Notes: a model not told the origin generated them from the letters alone. Positions 19,598 to 27,740 are shown, counted from the stretch's first letter. The stretch is 64,000 nt of DNA from Acutalibacteraceae bacterium (GCA_045605125.1 JAZUPK010000036.1:4945-68944), one strand, 5' to 3'. A program made the numbers and translations.

Positions 19598-20006
19598 ACT
19601 TTTAGGATTATTTTTAATAATAGTTGTATCCGCCACTATAGGCTTTATAAAATCTGGAGAACTACATTTGCGATGTAAAAAGCTCGAAACCCTAAAAAAA
19701 GGTGTTTTAGAGTTTCAAGAACGGTTAAGGCTTTCTTACGGTGAACTTGACCGCATTAAAAGCAAATGCTTTGCAATTCCTATAGATTACAGCGGACTTT
19801 ATAGCAGTGACTGCGAAATAATTGAAAGTATGTTTCGCGAAATAGCGTTACTAGACCGCGAAAGTGCGTATAACCGATGCCTGCTTGCAGTAGAACTTTT
19901 AAATAAGCAACAAGCCGAAGCCGAAAGCCGATATAAAGACCTTGGAAAACTTTATAAAAGTATTGGTGTGCTTGGCGGTATTTTTATTTGTATTTTATTT
20001 TTATGA
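19581..20006 (+). CDS. spoIIIAB: stage III sporulation protein AB
   Basis: Position and size within the operon. N-terminal TM helix. GTG start 7 nt after GAGGAG. Confidence 0.7.
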   Translation: MKLTFKLLGLFLIIVVSATIGFIKSGELHLRCKKLETLKKGVLEFQERLRLSYGELDRIKSKCFAIPIDYSGLYSSDCEIIESMFREIALLDRESAYNRCLLAVELLNKQQAEAESRYKDLGKLYKSIGVLGGIFICILFL

Positions 20007-20015
20007 GGTTAAAAA

Positions 20016-20210
20016 ATGGATGTTGATTTTATATTTAAAATAGCAGCAATAGGTATTATTGTCACCGTTCTTAATCTTGTGCTTATACGTTCAGGCAGAG
20101 AGGAACAGGCTTTGCTTACTACCCTTGCAGGGCTTGTAGTAGTGCTTTTAATGGTGGTAAACTCTGTAGCCGAGCTTTTTGATACCGTAAAGGATTTATT
20201 CGGGCTTTAG
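20016..20210 (+). CDS. spoIIIAC: stage III sporulation protein AC
   Basis: 64-aa two-TM protein with IFKIAAIGIIVTVLNLVL. Operon position. Confidence 0.8.
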   Translation: MDVDFIFKIAAIGIIVTVLNLVLIRSGREEQALLTTLAGLVVVLLMVVNSVAELFDTVKDLFGL

Positions 20211-20211
20211 T

Positions 20212-20598
20212 ATGGATATTTTTAAAATATTAGGGTTTATTTTTATAACCGCAGTGCTCTGCATAATACTTAAAAGCTATAAAGCGGAATATTCACTCGC
20301 GTTAGCGGTTTGCTCCGCTTTAGTGGTGTTAATGCTTATCCTAAAAAACTTAGCCGCTCCCTTAAGCTTAATAAAAGACAAAATAGCAGAAAGCGGAATT
20401 GACGGCAGTTATTTTAAAGTGGCAGTTAAAGCATTAGGAATAGGATATATAACTTCTTTCATTGCTGAAGCCTGTCGTGATGCAGGACAAAATTCACTAG
20501 CGTTAAAGGCAGAACTCGCCGGCAAATGCGTTATTTTTATTCTTTCTGTTCCGCTTATTTTAAGCATTTTAGAAACTGCTTTAGGATTTTCAAAATGA
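20212..20598 (+). CDS. spoIIIAD: stage III sporulation protein AD
   Basis: 128-aa polytopic membrane protein following spoIIIAC. Confidence 0.8.
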   Translation: MDIFKILGFIFITAVLCIILKSYKAEYSLALAVCSALVVLMLILKNLAAPLSLIKDKIAESGIDGSYFKVAVKALGIGYITSFIAEACRDAGQNSLALKAELAGKCVIFILSVPLILSILETALGFSK

Positions 20599-21704
20599 AA
20601 AAATTATTTTTTATTATTTTATTTATCTTTTTATTTACAACTACCGCTTATGCCGAAGAACCAGACATTTATAAAGAGCAGTTAGAAAACAGTGGCATTT
20701 TGGAAATTGAAGACATGCTGCCACAAGATGTTCGCGAATACATAAATAAAAACGGACTGGATATCAGTGACTACAACTGGATAAACAATATAAAAACCGA
20801 AAACGTTTTTTCGCATATTCTTGCATTTTTAAAAAGTGGACTTAAAAAACCGCTCATATCCTTAGGCATAATAACTGCAATTATTATAATAAACGCGCTA
20901 CTTTTTGAAAAAGAAAATTCCGAAATAAGCCCTATTGTCACCTATGCCGCAACAATCTCTATTGCCGGGGCTATTATAACCCCAATTTTTGCAGCAATAA
21001 ATACCGCAACCGGTGCCATGAAAGCCTGCGCCGCCTTTATGACGGCATTTATCCCTATTTTTGCAGCAATAACCGCCGCTACAGGAAAAGCAGTTACAAG
21101 CGTTTCTATGAGTGCGCTGCTTTTGGGTGCTGCAAATGGTGTAAGTCTTCTTTCAAACTTTGGGGTTATCCCCTTTATTGGCGGATATTTAAGCCTAAGC
21201 CTTTCGGCAGGCGTTTCGCCATTTATGAACGGTGGCGGTATTTCACAAGCGGTTAAAAAATTAGCCTTATGGGTACTTTCTCTTATTACAACGGTGTTTT
21301 TAGGAATTTTAAGCATACAAACAGTAGTAAACGCTCATGCAGATAATTTATCTATGCGAACCGCTAAGTTTATAGTCGGCTCGGCAGTACCTGTTGCAGG
21401 GGGTGTTTTATCCGAAGCGCTAGGCACTCTTACTGCATCAATGTCGCTTTTAAAATCTACAGTTGGTATTTACGGTGTGGTTATATGTTGCCTTATTTTT
21501 TTGCCTATTATAATCGAGCTTGTTTTGTGGCGGATCACCCTCTGGATATCTGATTTTGTAGCACTACAATTTTCGCTTTCTAAAATTTCGGGCCTTTTGC
21601 AGTCGCTTGATACCGTACTTTCAGTACTTATAGGTATAATTTTGCTAACTGCCGCTATGTTTATAATCTCACTTTCGGTAGTTATGGGAAGTGTTAACGT
21701 ATGA
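20595..21704 (+). CDS. spoIIIAE: stage III sporulation protein AE
   Basis: ATG at 20595 overlaps the spoIIIAD stop (ATGA). Signal peptide MKKLFFIILFIFLFTTTAYA, then a polytopic membrane domain. The ORF-track start at 20526 is an upstream extension inside spoIIIAD. Confidence 0.8.
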   Translation: MKKLFFIILFIFLFTTTAYAEEPDIYKEQLENSGILEIEDMLPQDVREYINKNGLDISDYNWINNIKTENVFSHILAFLKSGLKKPLISLGIITAIIIINALLFEKENSEISPIVTYAATISIAGAIITPIFAAINTATGAMKACAAFMTAFIPIFAAITAATGKAVTSVSMSALLLGAANGVSLLSNFGVIPFIGGYLSLSLSAGVSPFMNGGGISQAVKKLALWVLSLITTVFLGILSIQTVVNAHADNLSMRTAKFIVGSAVPVAGGVLSEALGTLTASMSLLKSTVGIYGVVICCLIFLPIIIELVLWRITLWISDFVALQFSLSKISGLLQSLDTVLSVLIGIILLTAAMFIISLSVVMGSVNV

Positions 21705-22123
21705 CACAGTTTATAACAAGCTTTTGTGTAGGCTCGGTTTTAATAGGTTCATTATATATCATCTGCCCTAAAGGTAATATCTCCAAGCAGATAAAATATA
21801 TTTTTAGCCTTATATTTTTAATAATTATTATATCCGCTGCAAACGTTCCGCTTAAAAGTGTTGATTTTGATACCTTATCCCCTAAGGATATCCAAATTGA
21901 CACCGAAGCATTGGAAACTCGTGCTGCAGAGTATGTTTTTTCCTATACCCTAAAAAAGCAAAACATAAACTTTCAAAAAATTTCAATTTTTACGGATAAA
22001 ACTGAAGATGGTAGCATAGTAATTACTAAAGTGGTTGTTGTTACAAAAGAGCCACCACAAAAAGTAACAAATGCTTTAGCAGGACTTTTAGATAATCGAG
22101 AGGTTGAAATAATAAATGAATAA
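21701..22123 (+). CDS. spoIIIAF: stage III sporulation protein AF
   Basis: Operon position. Two N-terminal TM helices. About 140 aa. Confidence 0.7.
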   Translation: MTQFITSFCVGSVLIGSLYIICPKGNISKQIKYIFSLIFLIIIISAANVPLKSVDFDTLSPKDIQIDTEALETRAAEYVFSYTLKKQNINFQKISIFTDKTEDGSIVITKVVVVTKEPPQKVTNALAGLLDNREVEIINE

Positions 22124-22655
22124 CCTAATTTTAAAGTACAAGGATAAGCTAAAAAACCCTAAAGTGCTTGTAATAATAGGTATAATAGGCATTTTGCTTA
22201 TTTTTATATCATCACTTTTCCCAAAAAAGGAAGAACTTAAGGAAACAGGTGTCGATATGGGTATTTCTTCTACTGAATACCGCGAACAGTTAGAACAGGA
22301 TGTTGAAAAATTAGTCACAAAGATTACCGGCAGCAAAAATGTTACAGTAATAGTCACTTTAGAAAGCGGTATGCGGTATAAGTACGCCGATATTAAGGAA
22401 GACTCCACCCAAGATAAATCGGAAGAGCGGGTTAAGCTTTCGAGCAGCGAAACCAAGCAAGACTACATAACCGTAAAAACGGCAGACGGCGGTGAACAAG
22501 CTCTTCTTGTTACCACCCAAATGCCTGAAATTCGTGGTGTTGCGATAGTATGTATGGGCGGAGATAACGAAATAATTGCCCAAAAAATTGAAAATACCGT
22601 TACGGCGGCATTAAATATTACATCTCAAAGAGTATCTATAGCAGGAGGAAATTAG
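22116..22655 (+). CDS. spoIIIAG: stage III sporulation protein AG
   Basis: N-terminal TM helix. C-terminal block PEIRGVAIVCMGGDNEIIAQKIENTVTAALNITSQRVSI is typical of the SpoIIIAG ring-forming domain. Confidence 0.8.
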   Translation: MNNLILKYKDKLKNPKVLVIIGIIGILLIFISSLFPKKEELKETGVDMGISSTEYREQLEQDVEKLVTKITGSKNVTVIVTLESGMRYKYADIKEDSTQDKSEERVKLSSSETKQDYITVKTADGGEQALLVTTQMPEIRGVAIVCMGGDNEIIAQKIENTVTAALNITSQRVSIAGGN

Positions 22656-22656
22656 A

Positions 22657-23187
22657 ATGAAAAAAGGTAAGGTTTTAGGCAAAGGACAACTAGCAATAGG
22701 TGTTATGGTAATAGCCTTAATAGCGGCGGTATGGCTTAACACCAAATATATGCCAACCTCCACAAAATATTTAGGTGAAGCTTCCTTTGTATCCACAAGC
22801 TCCGGCAATGCGGTTGAAACATCGGCTAATGCATCACAGCAAGATTACTTTGCTTCAGCCAAGGCTGACCGCGAAAAGCAACTAAAAACCGCGACCGATA
22901 CCGTAAAAGAACTTTTAAAAAGTGAAGCCTTAACTGACAAGGATAAAGAATCCGCGCTAAAGCAAATTGAAGCCATTGCCGACACTATGAAAAAAGAAGC
23001 CAATATTGAAGCACTTTTAAAGGCAAAGGGTTTTAAAGAAGCAGTAGCAGTTATTGGTAACGACGGTATAAATATTATCGTAAAATCGGATGGTCTTACC
23101 ACCGCCAACACCATGCAAATACAGGATATTGCAGTTACTGAATCAGGTCTAGACCTTTCAAAAATAAAAATAATACCTATAAAATAA
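22657..23187 (+). CDS. spoIIIAH: stage III sporulation protein AH
   Basis: Last gene of the operon. N-terminal TM helix, then a charged extracellular domain. Confidence 0.7.
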   Translation: MKKGKVLGKGQLAIGVMVIALIAAVWLNTKYMPTSTKYLGEASFVSTSSGNAVETSANASQQDYFASAKADREKQLKTATDTVKELLKSEALTDKDKESALKQIEAIADTMKKEANIEALLKAKGFKEAVAVIGNDGINIIVKSDGLTTANTMQIQDIAVTESGLDLSKIKIIPIK

Positions 23188-23285
23188 AACAAGCGTTTTT
23201 GCCATATTTTATAATCTACATTTATTATCTGTTATCACCAAAATATATCAATAGTAAAAAAAACAACTAATAATTCAAAAAAAAG

Positions 23286-23314
23286 TTGTTTTCTATAAAA
23301 ATAAATGGTATAAT
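23286..23314 (+). promoter_or_regulatory. sigma-A-type promoter candidate for asp23
   Basis: TTGTTT (23286-91), 17-nt spacer, TATAAT (23309-14). Confidence 0.45.
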
Positions 23315-23358
23315 AATAAAAACTAATAAAAATGTTATTATATATGGAGGTTAAACCT

Positions 23359-23730
23359 ATGGCAAATACAAGCTCCGCTCTTTCTATCAATGTTGATGTT
23401 TTAAAGAAAATAACTAAGCTCGCCGCTACCGAAGTAAACGGCGTTATAGGTATTCCTAATAAGAATATTGACCTTAAAGGTATTGTAAAATCTAAAAACC
23501 CCTTTGCAGGCGTTAAGGTTGAAAATGTAAATGGCTCTTTAGAAATCAGCGTTTACATAATCGTAAGCAAGGATGTTAATGTTAAAACAATCGCCCAACA
23601 GGTTCAAGAAAACGTAAAGGACAAAATTCAAACCATGACAGGCAGTGCCGTTACTAAAGTGAATGTTATTGTTTCTGATATTAAGCTTAAGGAAGACGAA
23701 GTAGAACCCGAAGCAGAAGAAGAAAACTAA
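23359..23730 (+). CDS. Asp23/Gls24 family stress protein
   Basis: ATG at 23359 follows GGAGG. Matches LAATEVNGV and the rest of the Asp23-family pattern. Acidic C-terminus. Confidence 0.8.
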   Translation: MANTSSALSINVDVLKKITKLAATEVNGVIGIPNKNIDLKGIVKSKNPFAGVKVENVNGSLEISVYIIVSKDVNVKTIAQQVQENVKDKIQTMTGSAVTKVNVIVSDIKLKEDEVEPEAEEEN

Positions 23731-23784
23731 ACCCTTTAAAACTAGAAGCCAACCGATTCGTAATAGAATCAGTTGGCTTTTTTA

Positions 23785-24717
23785 TTATTCTACAAAAAAC
23801 GGCGTAGATAAATATCTCTCACCTGTATCAGGTAAAAGAACAACAATATTTTTGCCCCTATATTCAGGTCTTTTCGCAAGCTCTATAGCGGCGCTTAAAG
23901 CAGCACCCGAAGAAATACCCACAAGCAATCCTTCCTTTTTGGCTATTAGCTTGCAAGCAGAAAATGCGTCATCATCAGTAACGGCTATAATTTCATCATA
24001 AACGGATGTATCCAACACTTGTGGTACAAACCCTGCGCCAATGCCCTGTATTTTATGTGTGCCGGCAACACCTGTTGATAGCACGGCAGAGCCCTTTGGT
24101 TCAACCGCCACAACCTTAATATCGGGGTTTTTAGATTTCAAAAATTTGCCTACACCCGTAACCGTTCCGCCTGTACCTGCACCTGCAACAAAAATATCAA
24201 CCGTTCCGTCAGTGTCTTCCCATATTTCAGGGCCTGTGGTTTTAGTGTGTATAAGCGGATTAGAGGGGTTTACAAACTGCCCTGCAATAAAACTATTGGG
24301 TATTTCCTTTGCTAACTCTTCCGCTTTTTTAATAGCGCCCGCCATTCCTAAACTGCCGTCGGTTAATATAAGCTCGGCACCATAAGCTTTCATAAGTAAT
24401 CGGCGTTCTACCGACATTGTTTCAGGCATTACAATAATAATTTTATATCCCCTTGCTGCCGCAACCGCCGCAAGCCCAATACCCGTATTACCCGAAGTTG
24501 GCTCAATAATAGTAGAATCTTTTTTTAATATGCCCTTGCTTTCGGCATCATCTATCATTGATTTTGCAACGCGGTCTTTAACCGAACCCGCGGGATTAAA
24601 GTATTCAAGCTTTGCAAGAAGCTTAGCTTCAAAATTTAAATCCCTTTGAATATTCGTAAGCTCTACAAGTGGGGTTTTTCCGATCAACTCATCAACCGAT
24701 TTATATATTTTTGACAC
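23785..24717 (-). CDS. cysK: cysteine synthase (O-acetylserine sulfhydrylase)
   Basis: PLP-binding lysine context NPAGSVKDR. Also EPTSGNTGIGLA and GTGGT loops. Confidence 0.9.
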   Translation of the reverse strand: MSKIYKSVDELIGKTPLVELTNIQRDLNFEAKLLAKLEYFNPAGSVKDRVAKSMIDDAESKGILKKDSTIIEPTSGNTGIGLAAVAAARGYKIIIVMPETMSVERRLLMKAYGAELILTDGSLGMAGAIKKAEELAKEIPNSFIAGQFVNPSNPLIHTKTTGPEIWEDTDGTVDIFVAGAGTGGTVTGVGKFLKSKNPDIKVVAVEPKGSAVLSTGVAGTHKIQGIGAGFVPQVLDTSVYDEIIAVTDDDAFSACKLIAKKEGLLVGISSGAALSAAIELAKRPEYRGKNIVVLLPDTGERYLSTPFFVE

Positions 24718-24799
24718 AATAATTTGCTCCTTTGTGTAAGTGTATTAAGCGGTTATATTTATTATATCAACTTTTAATCTAAAATTCAATTATTCATTA

Positions 24800-24842
24800 A
24801 AAAGAATAGCACCCGACTTTATTTTCTCAAAAGTCAGGTGCT
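24800..24842 (-). terminator. intrinsic terminator after four-helix-bundle gene A
   Basis: AGCACCCGACTTT (24808-20) pairs with AAAGTCAGGTGCT (24830-42), with one mismatch. On the - strand it is followed by ATTCTTTTT. Confidence 0.7.
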
Positions 24843-24845
24843 AAT

Positions 24846-25193
24846 TTATTTTGATTTAGCAGTGTTGATAGATGATATAAGCATTACTCTTATACTTGTG
24901 CAAACGGTATCAAGTTGTTTATAAGTAATTTCATCTATATAATTTGTTTTATACAAAAGTTCAAGCCAATAACCTGTTTCATTCGACTCTTTAAGAGCAA
25001 TTTGTAGTTTAGAAATAAAATCTGCTTTCCCGTGCGCATATTGTGCTTCGCGTATATTCGCCCCTATTGAAGTTCCACTCCTACCAATTTGGTTAGAAAT
25101 AATATTTTCTTTTTTCAGTTTTAATTCTTTAACTAAATTTATAATAGAAACCGCAAACTCCAAAGACAAATTTCTCAACTTGCTTTCTGACAT
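24846..25193 (-). CDS. four-helix-bundle protein (23S rRNA intervening-sequence protein / Avd-like family), copy A
   Basis: About 115 aa. Family block RSGTSIGANIREAQYA and YWLELL. ATG at 25193 lies 6 nt after GAGGTG and aligns with the copy B start. The ORF-track start at 25223 would include the predicted -10. Confidence 0.75.
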   Translation of the reverse strand: MSESKLRNLSLEFAVSIINLVKELKLKKENIISNQIGRSGTSIGANIREAQYAHGKADFISKLQIALKESNETGYWLELLYKTNYIDEITYKQLDTVCTSIRVMLISSINTAKSK

Positions 25194-25211
25194 CATAATC
25201 ACCTCTTGCAC

Positions 25212-25240
25212 ATTATATAACATTTATCTGTGAAGTGCAA
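25212..25240 (-). promoter_or_regulatory. sigma-A-type promoter candidate for four-helix-bundle gene A
   Basis: On the - strand: TTGCAC (25240-25235), 17-nt spacer, TATAAT (25217-25212). TATAAT-N-AGAGGTGAT-ATG layout shared with copy B (6 vs 7 nt after TATAAT). Confidence 0.45.
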
Positions 25241-25401
25241 GGCTTCCCCTTGCGTGAAATTATGCTACGCACAATGAAGTATTTGCTTCGCAAAAGTGAA
25301 GTAAAGTGTGCCACTCACGCCCACAGGCGCTTCATGATGTACAACATCGCTTCACGCACCAAAGGTGTACTTATCGTGCCGTAAGGCACACTTAGTTCAC
25401 C
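25230..25401 (+). other. ornate repeat-plus-hairpin array A (candidate structured RNA or ssDNA element, function unknown)
   Basis: GTGAAGT-like 7-9-mers (25230, 25254, 25274, 25296) alternate with short GC-rich hairpins. CTTCAT/CTTCAC/ACTTA complements (25330, 25350, 25370, 25390) alternate with hairpins that include GTGCC[GTAA]GGCAC. Colinear with array B on the + strand. Confidence 0.7.
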
Positions 25402-25403
25402 AA

Positions 25404-25437
25404 ATAAAAAAGACACTCTTTCGAGTGTCTTTTTTAT
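25404..25437. terminator. bidirectional intrinsic terminator (3' of tRNA-Lys on -, 3' of array A on +)
   Basis: AGACACTC-TTTC-GAGTGTCT stem-loop. A-run on one side and T-run on the other. Confidence 0.85.
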
Positions 25438-25438
25438 T

Positions 25439-25514
25439 TGGTGATCCATCGGGGATTCGAACCCCGGACACCTTGATTAAAAGTCAAGTGCTCTACCGTC
25501 TGAGCTAATGAATC
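25439..25514 (-). tRNA. tRNA-Lys (anticodon UUU), CCA encoded
   Basis: The reverse complement folds as a cloverleaf. Acceptor GATTCAT/ATGGATC. D arm GCTC..GAGC. Anticodon arm CTTGA-CTTTTAA-TCAAG. T arm CGGGG-TTCGAAT-CCCCG. 76 nt long. Confidence 0.9.
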
Positions 25515-25532
25515 ATTTTTGACAGCCTTAAT

Positions 25533-25561
25533 ATTATATCAACTACTAATGCGATTGTCAA
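25533..25561 (-). promoter_or_regulatory. consensus sigma-A promoter for tRNA-Lys
   Basis: On the - strand: TTGACA (25561-25556), 17-nt spacer, TATAAT (25538-25533). About 18 nt upstream of the mature tRNA 5' end. Confidence 0.7.
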
Positions 25562-25570
25562 TAAAAATTT

Positions 25571-25846
25571 TTAATTTTTATAAATTTTTACAAAAACAAT
25601 CAATATTACCGCTATTTGCAGTAAAATAATTACAGGCAAACCTAGCATAAATTTAGTATGCTTTGTTTTGTGGCGTATTATGCGCATTGTAATATACATC
25701 GCCACCGCCCCGCCTATTACTGACAATAAAAGCAAGTTTTTTTCACTTATTCTTTGTAAATCTTTTTTTGCGGCAAATTTATCGTAAATGCAAATTATCA
25801 CACTAACTACGCTAATTGCCGCTAAATAATATAAAAAATATTCCAT
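25571..25846 (-). CDS. DUF1294 family small membrane protein
   Basis: 91 aa. Pattern YDKFAAKKDLQRISEKNLLLLSVIGGAVAMYITMRIIRHKTKHTKF is typical of DUF1294. Confidence 0.7.
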   Translation of the reverse strand: MEYFLYYLAAISVVSVIICIYDKFAAKKDLQRISEKNLLLLSVIGGAVAMYITMRIIRHKTKHTKFMLGLPVIILLQIAVILIVFVKIYKN

Positions 25847-25884
25847 TTTTAACTCTCTTTTTGTTTTTTACTATTTTACCACTA

Positions 25885-26577
25885 TTACACAACTTTTTCA
25901 ATTTGTTTTTTAAGCTTGTTTATTATCCGCTTTTCAAGGCGCGATATATACGATTGTGAGATTCCTAACGTGTCGGCAACCTCCTTTTGAGTATATTCAT
26001 CGTAGCCGTTCATACCAAAGCGCATTTCCATAATCTGCTTTTCGCGTACGGGAAGTCCCTTTACAAAACGGTTTAAAAGTTGTTTTTCATCCTCCTGCTC
26101 TACACCTCTGCCGATTTCATCACCATCGCTACCCAAAACATCAGATAATAACAACTCGTTTCCGTCCCAATCAACATTCAAAGGCTCATCAATAGAAATT
26201 TCGTGCCTTTGAGAAGAGCTTTTGCGCAAAAACATTAAAATTTCATTCTCAATACAGCGCGAAGCGTAGGTTGCAAGCTTTATATTTCTATCGGGACAAA
26301 AAGTATTTACCGCTTTTATAAGACCTATTGTACCTATAGAAATTAAATCTTCAATATTAGTATTAGTGCCTTCAAACTTGCGTGCAATATACACTACAAG
26401 CCTTAAATTATGTACTATTAAAGAATCGCGAGAAGATTTATCGTTTTTATTTACTAGCTCTACTTCTTCGTTGTATGTAAGCGGAGCGGGCAAAATTTCG
26501 GGCCCGTTAATATAAAAGGTTGGCTTTATTACGCCTAACTTTACAAGAATTTTATTAAAAATATTTTTTAGTGTCAT
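25885..26577 (-). CDS. sigE: sporulation sigma factor SigE (pro-sigma-E)
   Basis: [38 protein letters not shown] and [18 protein letters not shown] match SigE rather than SigK. Lies directly downstream of spoIIGA. ATG at 26577 is 5 nt after AAGGTGA. Confidence 0.85.
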   Translation of the reverse strand: MTLKNIFNKILVKLGVIKPTFYINGPEILPAPLTYNEEVELVNKNDKSSRDSLIVHNLRLVVYIARKFEGTNTNIEDLISIGTIGLIKAVNTFCPDRNIKLATYASRCIENEILMFLRKSSSQRHEISIDEPLNVDWDGNELLLSDVLGSDGDEIGRGVEQEDEKQLLNRFVKGLPVREKQIMEMRFGMNGYDEYTQKEVADTLGISQSYISRLEKRIINKLKKQIEKVV

Positions 26578-26582
26578 ATCAA

Positions 26583-27413
26583 TCACCTTAAAATTTTTGG
26601 ATTTATAATTGCATTATAGTCTTCATTAAGCGGTACTTTAGATACCGCCAAAATAGGTTTTTTAAGAGGAATTTTTTTATCATCACATTCCACCAAAGCC
26701 TCTTCACATCGAAAACCGTCTAGACTACTGTACCCCGAAACAGTATTACAGGGCAAAAGCCTATAAAGGTGAGCGTGCTTATTATTTTCTAAAGAATCTA
26801 CATCACCAAATAAATACGCCACCTTAGATTTATCTGCTATAATAATTTCACTATCCGAAAAAGCATCTTCTAACGAATTTCCGGTATCAGCAATAGCTAA
26901 AAGTATAATCTCCCTACCATTTGCAGTAACCGAAATCTCGCACCGCGAAGCTAACGGACTGCTTTTTTTGAAGATTTTATAGCATAAAGTAAAAACAATA
27001 TACCCCACGGTGGAAAAAATAACCAACATAAGCGGCGAAATATTTAAATAAACTACCGAATTATTTATAACCATACCGTAAGGCGTGAATACCGTCCACA
27101 AAGCGAACATTATTCCGCCGTATCCACAACTGACAACTAAAAACACCACTACGTTTTTTAAATATTTTTTTACACCCAAAAACTTATAACAAACAAACGT
27201 TAAGAGAAAAGCAATGGAAGTTTTATATAAAAATTCTACTATTATTTTTTGTTGCGGTAAATATATGTAAATACTTGAAATACCACCTAAAAGTGCTGCT
27301 AAAACGGTCCTATAGGTTGTAGTCTTTTCTCCCGTGATTTTTGCTGTAGCCAAAAGCAAAAAGTAATCAACCAAGGTGTTTAGGAATATTAGCACATCCA
27401 TATAAACAATCAA
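26583..27413 (-). CDS. spoIIGA: sigma-E processing peptidase SpoIIGA
   Basis: Polytopic N-terminal half. DTGN aspartic protease motif ([11 protein letters not shown]). TTG start 5 nt after AAGGTGA. N-terminus [13 protein letters not shown] resembles Bacillus SpoIIGA. Confidence 0.85.
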   Translation of the reverse strand: MIVYMDVLIFLNTLVDYFLLLATAKITGEKTTTYRTVLAALLGGISSIYIYLPQQKIIVEFLYKTSIAFLLTFVCYKFLGVKKYLKNVVVFLVVSCGYGGIMFALWTVFTPYGMVINNSVVYLNISPLMLVIFSTVGYIVFTLCYKIFKKSSPLASRCEISVTANGREIILLAIADTGNSLEDAFSDSEIIIADKSKVAYLFGDVDSLENNKHAHLYRLLPCNTVSGYSSLDGFRCEEALVECDDKKIPLKKPILAVSKVPLNEDYNAIINPKILR

Positions 27414-27429
27414 TTAAATCACCTTATAT

Positions 27430-27463
27430 ATTATACCTTAAAGGGACTAAAAATTTTGTCGCT
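27430..27463 (-). promoter_or_regulatory. candidate spoIIG promoter with Spo0A-box-like element at extended spacing
   Basis: On the - strand: TATAAT (27435-27430). GCGACA, inside AGCGACA (resembles the 0A box TTCGACA), lies 21 nt upstream at 27462-27457. This recalls the long-spacer B. subtilis spoIIG promoter. Confidence 0.35.
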
Positions 27464-27510
27464 TATAGTTGCTGCAAATTAAAAAAGTGTACAAAAAAAT
27501 ACCGCTCAAA

Positions 27511-27712
27511 GGCGTTGTACCCGTAAGGATACAACGCCAGTTTTATTCGCCAAGGCGAGTTTTATTGCTACGCAGTGATATTTGAACTTCGTTCAAGTGA
27601 TATTCGCTTCGCGAGTTTAAGGGCGAATAAAATAACACTTAAACCGCAAGGTTTCAATATCACTATTGCCGAAAGGCAATAATATCACTCCAACTTTAGG
27701 AGGAATATAACT
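27511..27712 (+). other. ornate repeat-plus-hairpin array B (candidate structured RNA or ssDNA element, function unknown)
   Basis: 5' hairpin at 27511-38. Then AGTTTTATT x2 and AGTGATATT x2, each followed by a short hairpin (two capped CTTCG). Then GCAA- and GAAA-capped hairpins alternate with AATATCACT x2, the exact reverse complement of AGTGATATT. AATATAACT (27704-12) pairs 8/9 with AGTTTTATT. Confidence 0.75.
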
Positions 27713-27740
27713 TGAAAGTCAGTCTGTTTTTATGTATAAT
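27712..27740 (+). promoter_or_regulatory. sigma-A-type promoter candidate for four-helix-bundle gene B
   Basis: TTGAAA (27712-17), 17-nt spacer, TATAAT (27735-40). Then AGAGGTGAT and ATG at 27760. Confidence 0.5.

Noticed and set aside
20526-20594. Upstream extension of spoIIIAE in the ORF track (MRYFYSFCSAYFKHF...).
   Set aside because: The extension lies inside spoIIIAD. ATG 20595 overlaps the spoIIIAD stop and begins a proper signal peptide.
25194-25223. Upstream extension of four-helix-bundle gene A (MLYNVQEVIM).
   Set aside because: It would contain the predicted -10 hexamer and has no RBS. The downstream ATG follows GAGGTG and aligns with the start of copy B.
24720-25570. Integrative element inserted at the 3' end of tRNA-Lys.
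   Set aside because: There is no integrase or recombinase gene. I could not find a direct repeat of the tRNA 3' end in the flanking 1 kb by eye.
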